Below, one piece after another: positions 40,065-52,118 of a stretch of DNA of 64,000 bases. Each line of letters begins with the position of its first letter. The first letter of the stretch is position 1. The stretch lies in the NCBI RefSeq assembly GCF_025526975.1, contig NW_026515670.1:744001-808000 (forward strand), given 5' to 3'. The stretch comes from Fimicolochytrium jonesii (lineage: Eukaryota). Under the pieces are notes generated by a model. It was given only the letters and a program-made list of their open reading frames with translations, was not told the origin of the DNA and did no database searches. The translations under genes were made by a program, and so were the position numbers.

Positions 40065-43000
40065 TTAGACCGTGCCATTGGGGGTCTTTTGCGACACTTT
40101 AGTGAAGTAAGGCGCCATGAATTCGAAGAAGGCGAATTGGCTGGGTTCTCCGCCGTATTTGTAGACTAGAGGGGAGAAAATCGTGTAAGTGAGAATACCG
40201 TTCGCATGGGAGGGGTATGCGAGGTACGCGCGGAAGGGCATGAATACTTACTGAATCGACTGGCCAGGTAACTTCCAAAGATAGCCTTGACATACTGCTC
40301 CGGCACACGCTTCAGCAACGTCTCCAGACCCAGCTTCTCCAGCAATATGTTGGGGAACGCCTCAGCGAGGACAATCAGCCTCAACGGCACATTGTTCCAC
40401 AGCGTCGTCTGCTGCAGCTCCGCGTTGAGCTTGACGATAGCGGTACTCAGCTGATCGGAGATGATGGATTTCGCGCGGCCGGTGCGGGCCGCCTCCTTCC
40501 AGATTGCTTCAAACTCCAATTCGGCGTTCTTTTCGAGGATGGTGTGCACAGCTTTGACGTAGTCGAGGTAGAACTGCGGGGTGTGGTTGGGCTTGACTTG
40601 CATGTTCTCTTCGAACTCATCGTCGGCGAAGGCGAGGGCGGCGAGGACTTCGAGGGAGGAAGAGGTCACGCCGCCTTTGTTGGCGGAGGCGTCCTTGAAG
40701 ACGATTGCGCCGGCTTTCTCGAGGCGGAGACGTGCTTCCTGTGATTTCGGAGAAAGAAGTCATTAGTGTACGGAATCTCGAGTTTCAGAAAGTGTGGTAA
40801 ATCTCACCTGAGTGAAGAACAAGTTGGCACCTTCGACAATGTACTTGTAACGAGGCGTGCCATCCTCGTTGATCAACTGGGCGACGTTGCTGAGATCCAC
40901 AGCCTCAGGACGTCCACCACATGGCACAAAGACGTCAGACGCAGCAAGCGGGTTGAGGTGGAACTCGTTGCGGAACTTGACACCGCTGTCAACGATGGAT
41001 CCGTCAGGGAGCTTCACATTGTTCTCATCGACCAAGACGCGGAACCCATTCGAGCTCAGCTTGGCGATATCGAACTGGCTGATCATCAAGCGCTTGGTGG
41101 CGAGGCGCAAAAGCTCCTCGCGGTTGAGACCCTCGGGGTCGTAAATGACACCGGAACCATCGACGATACCGATTGTCTTGTCTTTCGAGATCTTGATTTC
41201 GTTGGATCCCAAGTCACCGTCCGGACCACCCGTTTGGAGCTTCTTGCAGGCTTCCTCCTTGATGCCGAGCTTGCGGTAGATTCCGAGCACGTACTGATGT
41301 ACAGAGCGCGTTGTCATACCGAAAGTGTCGTGGGGAATTCCTCCGAGGGACTGGGACTTGCCGGTGGTGAAGGCCTTCCAGAAGGAAGCGCCACGTTTGC
41401 GGGCATGCTGGCTCGCCCAGTCCATGTAGTCGGCGGTTCCCTCATCGGGGCCGAAGAAAAGGATCTCGGGTTTGCCGTATAAGTCGACAATCTTTTCCTT
41501 GATTCCGGGAGTCTCGCCGAGGATCAAAAGGTCGAGGATGGCATCGACATACTTCTCGAAGGCAACGCGGGGCTTATCTTGTTGGTCAAAGTTCAACAAG
41601 ATCGTACCCTTCGAACCACTTTCGGGGATATCCTTGTTCTTGCGGTGCTGAGTGGCGGCCAAGTTGTAGTTCTCGTCCATCAAACTACGCAAGTTGATTG
41701 AGTAGGCTTCCTTGTTTCGGGATCGCACGAGACGGATACCACCACGAGCGACATCGTCGAACCGCAGGTGGAAACCGCGGAACTCGCTTCCAATCACGAA
41801 GAACATTCCAAAAAGACGGGTGGGGTATTCAATTTCGGGAAGGAAGGCAGGGTCGAGGCGGAAGGAAAGAGCCACCTTGGTAGGTTGGTAAAAGTTAGTC
41901 TTCAAGACGTGACGGTTGAAGGTAAGGTACGACTGGAAGATCATCAGCTCGTGCGTGTTGGCAACGGTTTTCCTGATCTTGTCAAGAAGCTCGTCCTCAG
42001 AGAGGACCGGGGTGGTTTGGAGACGCTGGTATGAGAGCGAAATCTTCATGTCGTCGTGCGGTGGGTTGATGTAGTGCATCATGGCGAAGTTGGTGTAAAG
42101 CAACTTCAGAAGCTCGGGGTACAGCTTGATTATGTCGAGGATATATTCGCGTGTGAAGGTGTCAGACCTCAGCCTCTTCTTGATCTTTTGCAACACCTCG
42201 ACGTGCAGTTGATTGTTCATATCAAGAGCGGACGAGAGCGCAACATATTCGTTCCCGAGACGGTTGAGGAAATGCTGTGCGAATATCCATCCAACGTATC
42301 CATAAACGGTTTCCTGTACGCTGAGCTGTCCAGTTTGGAAGAACGACTGCAGAGGCGATGAAGGAAGGCAGTATATCAAACTGGCCTCCTTCATGACTTG
42401 CCAGATGGAGGCCTCGATCGGAGGAGCCTTGCTGCCCGGAAGCTGGTCGAGGTACATGCAGTGAATAGTGATGCCGTTGGAGAAGTGCTCCACATACTTG
42501 CGAGTCGAGTACAACTCGTAGTAGTGGTACAGGTCGGAAATCGCGGACAAAACGCCCTGCGTAGTACGGTGCTTGAAGGCCATGACCAACCGCTTGACAC
42601 GACTCCGTGGAATGTCGTAAACTTCAATCACAGGCCCAGTCCGCAACAAGGCATGCTTCATGACCGTGGAGTAGATCTCGAGGGTGTTCTCCGTGGCCTT
42701 TTCCAAAAATGTCTTGTCACCAACAAGCTGGATATTGTTGACTTCGTCGCCAGTAGGCTCGGGCTTTGCGAAAGAGCATTTGCGAACAAAGTAACAACGC
42801 AGTTGAGTGGAAAGGGAGCTCGAAACAGTGCCGGTCGAGCGGTAACTTTCCAAACGGTACGCGGAGTTCTTTGTGCTCTGGTCAAGGTAGCGGGTATCAA
42901 TCCTATGCGAAAAGGGGAGAATCGTCAGCAACGTGGGTACCAAACGCCCAATCGCCGCCAGGCACCATGGGCCGCCATGCAATGCCTTACGCACCTCTTT

Positions 43001-43472
43001 TCGTGTTGCGGGCCGGCCAAATTCGAGACACCCGGGGCGGACGTGTTGATGTAAACAGCGCCGTCATCGGTTTCCCTTTCCAACTCTATATCTAACGCCT
43101 TCTCGTTCTTAATGAAGGCAGAGATTTTCGCTCCGTAAAGAGCCATGATATGCTGAGCGATCGTATCTATGCTCTCCAGCTGGAAATACATGTCGTCGAT
43201 ACCCAAGTTTCTGAACATGGAAAAAGTTGAGAAACGGTCGCGGTTTGACGCCACTGCAAATGACGAAGGCTATGCTCGTCTTGTCTTCCTTACCCGTAGA
43301 ACCAGGACACTTCGTTGAGCACGAGTTCGCTGGGAATAAAACCTTTTTCTTGGACATACGCGCAAACTTTGTGCAGCTGGTCCTGCTTTCCGGCAAAGAC
43401 GTTGCTCGTGTATCCGTCGGTGGCACCCGCTGGGGACGCCACGGGCTTTTGGCCGGGAACTGATAGAGACAT
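40065..43472 (-). CDS. GDH2: NAD-specific glutamate dehydrogenase (large fungal type)
   Basis: Multi-exon. EVSWFY.NLGIDDMYF, VLKTNFYQPTKVALSFRL, FRGFHLRFDDVARGGIR, KNKDIPESGSKG, FFGPDEGTA, GGIPHDTFGMTT, QTGGPDGDLGSNEI, IVEGANLF. Last exon YKYGGEPSQFAFFEFM...TAA at 40067-40065. Confidence 0.96.
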
Positions 43473-44708
43473 GTTTACTCTTCTGTTATGCGGTTGAGGA
43501 GGCGGTGGGTCGAAGACGATGCTGGTGATTGACCAAGATGGTGGTGGGTAGATGTGCGTGCAATATCTGCCCTAAACTGTTGTGATAGGAAAGACGTGAG
43601 CGAGAGTTATGAAAGAGTTCCGGGTGTGGGGTTGTGAAAGGTCCAGTTGCAACGCCACTTCCGTGGGAAAACCGGTAGCAGTCTAAGTGATCTTGAGTCT
43701 ATCTCTATATGCGCGCAAGCTATCACCACCGGACTTACCTATGAAATAACAATAAAAAGGACCCAAAATGGAGAATGAGAATAAGGAAGGACCGATGCAG
43801 AGGAGAAAAAGACGAGCGAGGGCCCGACGGACGTACCTCCAGCTTATATGCCCCACGGGTGGTTCTATGGAATGGCTGCTTCCACTTCTGAGAGCCCAAA
43901 AAGCGGTGGGAATATTGCACAAACTCCTCAGTCAGTCAGTCCGTTCTCACCAGGGCAAGTCGTGACTAGTCACCCGTCAAGACGCGCTCCCACCACAGAA
44001 ATCACGCGCCCCCCCCCGCGCTCTCATCATCCGTCAACAGACTCAACACATAGCCGCTTGCAATTGGCCGTCCATCATTCCGCCTCATCTCGCAATCAAC
44101 GTGTTTGGCCACCATGAACGTCATGCACTCTGCATTATGACCTTCTGTTTTTTTCTTTCCCTTTTTCTTTTTTTTTTTTTTTTTGCTTTTTCCCAGCCGC
44201 CGTTTGCCGCTAATAACAGGGGTCTATTACCAGGAGTGGTGGAGGGGCTGCTCTACGCCGTCTCGGGAGATGCCTCACGCTTCGGCCTGGCCTGAAGGAG
44301 GAATACACTTTGTCGTTTCGGATATCTGACAATTGATTGAGCTTCACACACATTCTGAGGAAGCCAGCATTGGTGATGGCACAATGGGTGTTGTGGGCCT
44401 TTCCCCCCGACTTCACGGCGTCATATTCGTTGTGGCCCGCGGACTTGAATGTCGTCACTCGTGGGAAAAACGACCTCTTTGCGTGTGAGAGCAACATAGA
44501 GGCGCACGTTTTTAACAAGCGCTTCGCCGGTTCCAACCCAACCGGGTCTCCTGCTGCAGTCCCTTCCTCTCCCGTCATCCCGTTGGCCCTTGACAACGCA
44601 GGCGAATGAGCGACAAATCGCAACCACACATAATCATACGCTCATGACATATCCATTCCAAAATAAGTATGTGTACAGAGATGGGTTGTATGGCTACATG
44701 CAGGGCAA

Positions 44709-45974
44709 TCAAGCGGCGTGCTTCTCGTTGACCAGCACATATCGGTACTTGGCCTGACCATCCTCCATGTCAAGGACAGCCTGGTTAGCGTCCTTCAATG
44801 GGCGGGTCTGGATCCAGGGCTTGACATGACCCTTAGCAGCCGTTTCCAGCATCTCGTTGATTTCGTGGGTACCGCCGATCGCGGAACCACCGATGAACAC
44901 GTTGTTCATGACCAATGGCACGGCCTTGAGAGGTGGGAACTCCTCCTCGGGCAAACCGACAAGGATGATCTTGCCTCCGGGCTTCAGCAGACCGGCATAC
45001 TCGTAGAGAGGCATGTCGTGGTTGTTGGCGGTACAGACGATACCGTCAAGTGTGCGGCGGTGAGTCTTTGCCCAGTCCTTGTCATCCTTCGTCGAGATGA
45101 ACTCCACGGCGCCCATCTTCGTCGCATCCTCCTTCTTCTTGGAGCTGTGGGAGATGGCGACGGGCTCGGCGCCCAATGCCTTGGCGAAGAGGAGACCGAA
45201 ATGGCCGAGACCGCCGATACCGACGATACCGATGCGCTTGCCGGGTCCGGCTTCCAATTGCTTGAGCGGAGAGTAGACCGTGACTCCACCGCACATAAGG
45301 GGAGCCGCGACCTCCGAGGGCAGGCCATCGGGGATCTTGAAGGCAAAGTGCGAGGGGACACGAGCGTAGTCGGCGTAACCTCCAGAGCTGGAGTGTGGGG
45401 TGAGAAGAAGATCAGAATCATCCTCCATTGACGCCGGCGCAATGAAGCGCCGCTTTCCAGACAGAGTGTCGGTCCAACTCACCTCTTCGACTTGTCGGGG
45501 TAACGGCCGTTGTAGGTGCCGATTTGTCCCTCGTCACAATAGGGCTCGCGACCCTCCTTGCAGTACTTGCACTTGAGGCAAGACCCAGATTGTGCACCGA
45601 CACCGACACGGTCACCGACGGCGATGTTCTTGACGTTCTTTCCGGCCTGAGGGTCAAGAAGTTCACAACGCATCAGTCCGATGCTCTTTTCTTCGAACTG
45701 ATTGAAGCAATAAAGTAACTTGAATAATCACCTTCACGACAGTCCCAACAATCTCGTGTCCAACGACCTGGGGGTAATCCGTTGGGCCCCACCCAGAGCG
45801 CAGGGTGTGGAGGTCAGACGCGCAGATCCCACAGTGGGTGATCTTGATATCGACGTCGTCCTCTGTCCAGGTCTTGGGCGAGTACTCCTCCCACGTCATG
45901 TTGCCGAGCTTCTTGTCCTTCTGGACCCATCCTTCGAACTTGTAGTCCTTGGCGGATTCGTTGGTGGAAGGCAT
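44709..45974 (-). CDS. ADH6: NADP-dependent zinc alcohol dehydrogenase (ADH6/cinnamyl-alcohol dehydrogenase family)
   Basis: Three exons. HCGICASDLH, VGHEIVG, GVGAQSGSCLKCKYC..G.E.YC (structural Zn), APLMCGGVTVYSPL, GIVGIGGLGH, KYRYVLVN. Confidence 0.92.
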
Positions 45975-47428
45975 GATTGTGGTTTTGGTGTGTGGTTTGG
46001 ATATGCGAGTGTGGTTTGATGCGTTCTTGAAGAAGGCAGATGTGGAGACGAGGGGAGCGAAGGACCGGTAGCAGCTTTTATATCCGCCCAAGGTTTCGGG
46101 GAAGCCTCCACCCGAGTCGGATCCCCTGCCCCGCCCGCCTGCGACAGCCGTAATAACAGCCTGTCATTCGGTATGCGCTAGGAGATATTTACCCTGCGGA
46201 AGAAAGAGGTGCACACGGCTTTGATGAAGACACGCTGACTCGTATACGGTATTCTGCTGTGGCGGAGGGGGGGCGGGGGAGGGCGGGGGGTTTGGTTGAA
46301 TTCTGAAGGAAAGCCATAACACCAGAAGGCCGAAATTTGGGTAAATCTTACAAATGTGTGCTGTGAAGTATGACGTAGAACATTGCCTACGGACGCGTTC
46401 TCGGACAGAGGAGCTCGGGGTTTGTGTGTGGGGGAAGCCGTGGGGTTACGTTGCCCTAATCAGACGCGTATCGCGTTTTCTTCGGTCTTGATCACCGTTG
46501 ATAAGAACACCGCATTGAAACCCAACTGTTCGTATGGCTGAGGCGATTGATGACTATAGAAGCACATCGGACGTAGAAAACCGCCCGCTTCGCCGCCCTC
46601 CTCAATACCCCTTCGTCCCTCCTTTCCCCCTCCAAGCCACAACCTTCAAGCCATTGGGGTTCAACTGTGCATGGATTCTTCGATTCTCCGATTGCAGAGC
46701 ATTGTGCACACGCAGTTCACCGTCATTTGCCGCGGTTTTTATTGTGTATCGTGTGCCATATACTGTACTTCATGCACGCGTCCTGGAGCAGGACAACCCT
46801 TTGCCCCATGGGGTTATTGCTTGACAATGTGACATTCGCTTCTCTAGCCTAAAAGCAGTCAGCTCACCAGTCTGGCCTGTTGAAAGCCCATCCTACATCC
46901 GACGGTTCATTCTAACGGTCAGCGGCAGCCTCCTTTCTATTGGGAGCTAGATGCAGGCTCTGAGGTCTCGTCTAGCAACATGGTCGGACCACCAAGTGTT
47001 AGGTCCCGTAACCGCTCTAATGCTTACTGAAAGATTTGTCCACTTTCCAGCGCATAGCCTGGAAACGCCTTCGGGACGGCGGATGGGCCGAAGTTATGGC
47101 GAGAGGGACGGGGCAGTTAGGGTTACGCACAGGTCTTTCGGACACGCGCGCTTTTGCACCCCTTGCACCAGTGTGAAATTCGAGTGGGACGGGACCGCTC
47201 TTCCTCGCCTCTTGCTTCCACCGACATCTCCCCGGCCAAACTGACGCCAGATAAAGGCTCGCTCATCTTCTTGCTCGTCTCTGCATCCGCTGTGTTCGCT
47301 CGTCCGCATAGTCGCGGCTTGTACTATCGCGTCAAAGAAAAACTGGAGAGAAGCACATGTTGGTGAGGCGACCTTGAATCGTGGCTTGACTTGACGTCCT
47401 CTCCAATCTTGCATCATTGACACCTCAA

Positions 47429-49612
47429 ATGCAGGCAGCGAGCCCTTCCGGATCTCCACGAGCCCTCCGTGGTGCCCTCTCACGCCGCTCCGTATCCAGC
47501 CCCATAACAAATGTCGGTGGCTCGCCACATGTCAAATCGGGGCTGAACGGACAGACGCGTCGAGATGGGCTTACGGTGACAGCCGCAGGGAATGCGGATG
47601 CAGGCGAAGTGCAACCGTCACTGGACACTCTCCATGAAATTGGGAAGGAGGTGGCGAGGCAGATTGTAGCTCACATTGGGAAGGACCTAGTGAGGCTGGA
47701 AGAGTTGTACCGGCTTGTCCCGGAGGAAGGCGAAACGAATGCGGCGGGTCCCGTCACACCGCTGGACGGCGAATGGGCTGACAGAGCGCGAGACCTCCAA
47801 CCGCTGAAGGAATGCCTTGCGGTGGCCATTCAAAAGGAGACCGAGAGGCACGAAAAGGTCCAGATCGAAATCGAGTCGCTGTTGGAGGAGATCCGTCAAC
47901 AACGGGACAAACTCAAAGAGAGTTTGGAGAAGCATGAAAAGTCCAGTGAAGCCCAAGAACCTTCTCCATACGTTCGCCGAAGGAAGCTGCGCGAGATGAG
48001 AGCGAAAATCGGACGAACAATAGAGGAGCGAGAGGAGGTATTTTGGAAGCTGAGAGAAAAGTGGACGGCATTGCGGGCCGAATTGATGGACTTGTCGAGC
48101 GATGAATACCCACTACCCGACGCCGACCTGTCATTGACATCACTCGATGGATGTATACAGGTTGTACAGCGACTGGAAGAGGAGAAGGCGGCAAGGGTGA
48201 ATGCGCTTGCCCAATCCGCGTGCTCGCTTGTACGGCTGTGTGTGGAGTTGGGCGTAACCATTCCCGAACCTTTCCTTGCATCGCTGTGTTCGACCGTTCC
48301 AGAGTTTGCGCCTGAATATGCGACCGACGAAGCTATCCGCACCGCGATCAGCTCACGCTCAGAAGAAACCATGATAGCATGGCCGCTCTCCCGTGACTAC
48401 CTACAGCAGCTGCGGGATTCGGAAGGTGCTGTTCGATCACAGTACGAAAAGCTCTTGGAGCGGCTGCGCCACTACATAGCGGAAATCAAACTATTCTGGG
48501 AACATCTCGAGACACCTGCGGAGGAGCGGCAACATCTTGAAGAGAATATCAAACACGTCGGAGCGTACAAAGAGCTCGCCGACTCCCTTCGTACCCGCTG
48601 GAAATCTCAGATGGAGGAGACGATCAACGCGCTTTTCGAGCAATTGGAGGAACTGTGGGATCTCTGCCACACTTCCTCAAATCAACGCGACGCCTTCACA
48701 GCGCGGATCGGCGATACAATGTACTCCCCCGTGACACTACAGCTCCTCAAAGACGAAGTCGCCACGCTACAACTCCGCTACGAGCGTTACAACGCTCTCT
48801 ACAAGCTCATGGACGCCCGCACGGCCTTCCTGAGCAAAATGCGCGAGTTCGAGAAGACCGCGTCGGATCCAAAGCGATTGTTTAGGCCCAGTTTCCAGTT
48901 GGTTGAGGAGGAGAAGTTCCGTAGGACGTGTGTGCCTACCCTTTTGAAGATGGAGGAGACGTTGAGGAAGAGGGTGGCTGCAATGGAGGCCGAGGATGGA
49001 TCGGCGTTTGTGGTGGGTGGGGAGCGGTTCCTTGAGCGCATGGCGCGGGAGGTTGAGGGGAGGTTTGTGAATGGCGCTGTTTTTGTGCTGCCGGAGGGTG
49101 CGACAACGACGACAACGACAGGGCAACAGGCCGTCGCTGTCAGTGAAAGCGTCACGTCTCCAACGGATAAAAGGAGAGATGTCACACAAAAACGCACGGC
49201 TTCACCAACATTTACGCGACGCCGCCAGTCCAGCATCCCATATCCACCTACTCCCACCACCACCACGTCCCGGAACCCACCTCAAGCCAGGCGTCTCGGC
49301 CTCCAGACAACACCCTCCGCCCTCCCTCGCCGGCCGTCGTCGGCTTCCACACAAATCTTCACCGCCACTGCCGCGGCTCCGGCGTCCACGTCTAGACCGG
49401 CGTCCAGGCAAGCTACAGCTACGCCGCCGCCACCAGCACCGACGGCATCGCGACGGGAATCCTCGATCAGTGCGCTTGCTAACGACCAAAAAGGTGGGAA
49501 GGCTGGCGGTCGGAATGGGGCTAACGGGGCTGGGGCGAATGAGAGTCGGTTGCCGCCTTCGTTGAGGTTGCCAGGGGAAGTGGTGAGGAATAAAGTACCC
49601 GAAGCTGGATAG
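47429..49612 (+). CDS. ASE1: Microtubule cross-linker Ase1/PRC1/MAP65 family
   Basis: Single exon. Helical rod region followed by LEELWDLCH, EFEKTASDPKRLF....QLVEEEKFRR, EDGSAFVVGGERFLE, and a basic S/T/P-rich tail. Confidence 0.9.
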   Translation: MQAASPSGSPRALRGALSRRSVSSPITNVGGSPHVKSGLNGQTRRDGLTVTAAGNADAGEVQPSLDTLHEIGKEVARQIVAHIGKDLVRLEELYRLVPEEGETNAAGPVTPLDGEWADRARDLQPLKECLAVAIQKETERHEKVQIEIESLLEEIRQQRDKLKESLEKHEKSSEAQEPSPYVRRRKLREMRAKIGRTIEEREEVFWKLREKWTALRAELMDLSSDEYPLPDADLSLTSLDGCIQVVQRLEEEKAARVNALAQSACSLVRLCVELGVTIPEPFLASLCSTVPEFAPEYATDEAIRTAISSRSEETMIAWPLSRDYLQQLRDSEGAVRSQYEKLLERLRHYIAEIKLFWEHLETPAEERQHLEENIKHVGAYKELADSLRTRWKSQMEETINALFEQLEELWDLCHTSSNQRDAFTARIGDTMYSPVTLQLLKDEVATLQLRYERYNALYKLMDARTAFLSKMREFEKTASDPKRLFRPSFQLVEEEKFRRTCVPTLLKMEETLRKRVAAMEAEDGSAFVVGGERFLERMAREVEGRFVNGAVFVLPEGATTTTTTGQQAVAVSESVTSPTDKRRDVTQKRTASPTFTRRRQSSIPYPPTPTTTTSRNPPQARRLGLQTTPSALPRRPSSASTQIFTATAAAPASTSRPASRQATATPPPPAPTASRRESSISALANDQKGGKAGGRNGANGAGANESRLPPSLRLPGEVVRNKVPEAG

Positions 49613-49701
49613 CATATTTCGTAGGGGCTTGTTATGAGCCACGGTCTTGGTGTGACTGGGACACTGGTGGAAATGCTGGAAACATAGGCTTGAGAGAGAA
49701 G

Positions 49702-49829
49702 AATGGATACCCACTTCTTTGGCTTGCCGCTCGGAATAGAAAATTGGATACCACTTCTGTGGTGAAACGCCATACTTGCCGCTCGCAATAGAAAAATGGA
49801 TACCCACTTCTTTGGCTTGCCGCTCGGAA
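49702..49829. repeat. Three-copy imperfect tandem repeat
   Basis: Exact 35-mer AATGGATACCCACTTCTTTGGCTTGCCGCTCGGAA at 49702-49736 and 49795-49829, with a degenerate, insertion-bearing copy between them. Confidence 0.9.
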
Positions 49830-50074
49830 CGAAGAGCAATGGAACAATCTTTCCGGCTATATACAGCGGTGAACCTTTTGCAATACTCAATATGTGTAGG
49901 AAAACATGCCGCTCCGGCCAAAAACCACCATCCAACTCTTAAGTCCACATCCTTCACATCCTTTACATAGTCCATATCCCCAACGCGGGTCCATATCTCC
50001 ATGCGACACTTCGTCCCCGTTTTCCCCCAATTCGATGCCATACAAAGTGTCGCTCCCAAAATGATACCGTCCAC

Positions 50075-51478
50075 TCAAAATTTGAGATCAGCTTCTAAGC
50101 TGTGCACAAGCAGCTCGACTGCCTGTGCCGCCTGCGCTTTCTCCATCTGTCTAAAACACGGCGATGGAGGTTCCGGAAGGTGGACACCGCCAAACGCAAG
50201 CTGCGAGTCCTCATCGTCAGCGGCGGGGCTGGCCATCGCGTGCGGAGAGGACCATTTGAGCGAGAATGAAAAGTAGTCGTTTGGCTGCTGTTGTTGCTGG
50301 GTCGGGGTAGCTGCTGAAGCCGGCGCGGTGTAGGGTATAATTGGTTGAGCGTGAGCTGTGTTTGAACTTGTTCCGGTTGTTGAAGAGCTTCCAAAAAAAT
50401 ACGGTGCAGGCGTTGGGAGTAGCCGACCGTGGAGCGAGGGGTCTAGAAGAAAGACGTTGGCCTCCTCTCCTTGCGTCCCTTCTAATTCTCCCATCGTCGT
50501 TGACCGGTCTAAGGTCAAAGGCATCATCGACGCAAGGGGACCGGGATCCGACGGCCTGGGCATGTATCTGCGGACCTTCTCTTTGAGGTCCGTCTCGCTT
50601 CCGGTCCGGCGTACACGCTTGTTGGAGCTTTCTATGACGGTGTCTTGAGGGTCTTCGTTTGGGAAAGAGGAAAGGAATCTATCAAAATCGAGTCGTTTTA
50701 TCCTGGTGGGCACGTCGATGTTTGTCGCTGTTCGGCGTAAACGTTTCGCAGGTGCCCGTGGAAGCTTCTTGAGCAGGGTGAGCTGGAACTGGTGCATCTC
50801 CTGCCGCGGACAAGAACTCGCCAGACAGTGGCTGGGCGATCGAGAAGGAGGTGTCATGCACGGCCGTTTCGTTCCCGCCAGTTGTCGCATTGATGACGCT
50901 CCCTTGTCGCGATGCGGGCTGCCTTTCGGACTGATGGCGGATGCTGCATGTGCGGGACGGGTTATCGACATGCTTCGTGTGAGAGGATCCGTCTGCGTAC
51001 GTGCGAAGCGACGACGTGGGTCAGGTGTGCCGGGCGCTGTATCTGTAGATGAACTTGGCCCAAGCAGCATCGCTTCATTATGTCCGCTGCTGTATCCGGT
51101 CGATTCGACGTGAACAGTCGCACTCCGTTTGAAGAAGGCTCGAGGACGGGCAAGGGGCTTTGTGGGGCTCTTTCCAGGGAATCCACGAGCAGCCCAATGC
51201 GACCCTTGCTGCACAGAATCCGAAGCACCAACGCCAAACAATGCTGCAGCCCGTTGCCCAGCCGTCAGTGAGCTGGCGGCCCGTTTCGGCGGACTTTCTA
51301 CCTCCATTGGCGAAGCGTCTGTGAGCGGACCCAATGACTGTCGCGGAAATGCCCTCCTGCCTGGCGAACTGGCCCTATCATCAGTTACTATGGCTGACAG
51401 GTCCATTGAAGCCAGCATAGCGACCAGCTCGGTGGAAGCCAGCGGGCTGTGCTGTTCCTGCAGGTCATCTGGGGCCAT
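50075..51478 (-). CDS. Hypothetical S/P/R-rich disordered protein
   Basis: 467-aa ATG-initiated ORF with many SP/TP and RxxS/T motifs; no recognisable domain. Confidence 0.65.
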   Translation of the reverse strand: MAPDDLQEQHSPLASTELVAMLASMDLSAIVTDDRASSPGRRAFPRQSLGPLTDASPMEVESPPKRAASSLTAGQRAAALFGVGASDSVQQGSHWAARGFPGKSPTKPLARPRAFFKRSATVHVESTGYSSGHNEAMLLGPSSSTDTAPGTPDPRRRFARTQTDPLTRSMSITRPAHAASAISPKGSPHRDKGASSMRQLAGTKRPCMTPPSRSPSHCLASSCPRQEMHQFQLTLLKKLPRAPAKRLRRTATNIDVPTRIKRLDFDRFLSSFPNEDPQDTVIESSNKRVRRTGSETDLKEKVRRYMPRPSDPGPLASMMPLTLDRSTTMGELEGTQGEEANVFLLDPSLHGRLLPTPAPYFFGSSSTTGTSSNTAHAQPIIPYTAPASAATPTQQQQQPNDYFSFSLKWSSPHAMASPAADDEDSQLAFGGVHLPEPPSPCFRQMEKAQAAQAVELLVHSLEADLKF

Positions 51479-52118
51479 CTTGACGTCCGAACGCGTATAA
51501 ACCGCACGTTATGGAGCTGGAAGCAATGAAAGCATTTACTATCAGGAGAGCTGAGCGGAATAAGCAGGAGTATTAAGCGTTCTCGGCCTCAGAAACACTA
51601 ACTTCACCAACCTGCACTTGGTAATAACCGCCCACAATGTCCGAGTAAAAAGCGTTCTACCGACCATATGCAAATGGCGTTTTGCCAAACTCGCATTAGC
51701 CAGCCCAAGCACACACTCGTCAAGAGGTAATACGGTTTGCACCAGAGCCGCACGTAGGTAGACGATTGGAGCCTTTTCGCAGTTAACTGAGTGCGTATGG
51801 TTGCCTGTGTTGACGGAATGGTACGAAGTGTGCGTGTCGGAAGGAGCAAGAGAGTCCAGGTCCATTTGGTCGGACTTCTGAAAATGACGGCGCGTTTTTT
51901 GCTCGCAGACAACTCCCTCGGTATATGTATTGCAGAGAGAGAGATATATATATTCCCCAAAACACCCGCATGACTTTCTGATAGGGAATATCTGCGAACG
52001 TAGGTCATAGTCTGGCAAGATATGCTCCGCGCTGATAGCCTCATTTATTCCCAAAAACCTTCGTTCACGGACGGTCTACGAAATTTAGCCCACCTTTCGT
52101 GCCTCCGCAATGAATTGC

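Noticed and set aside
49702..49829. CRISPR-like appearance of the 35-bp direct repeats
   Set aside because: The intervening sequence is itself a degenerate repeat copy rather than a unique spacer. There are only two exact copies, no cas genes, and the context is eukaryotic.
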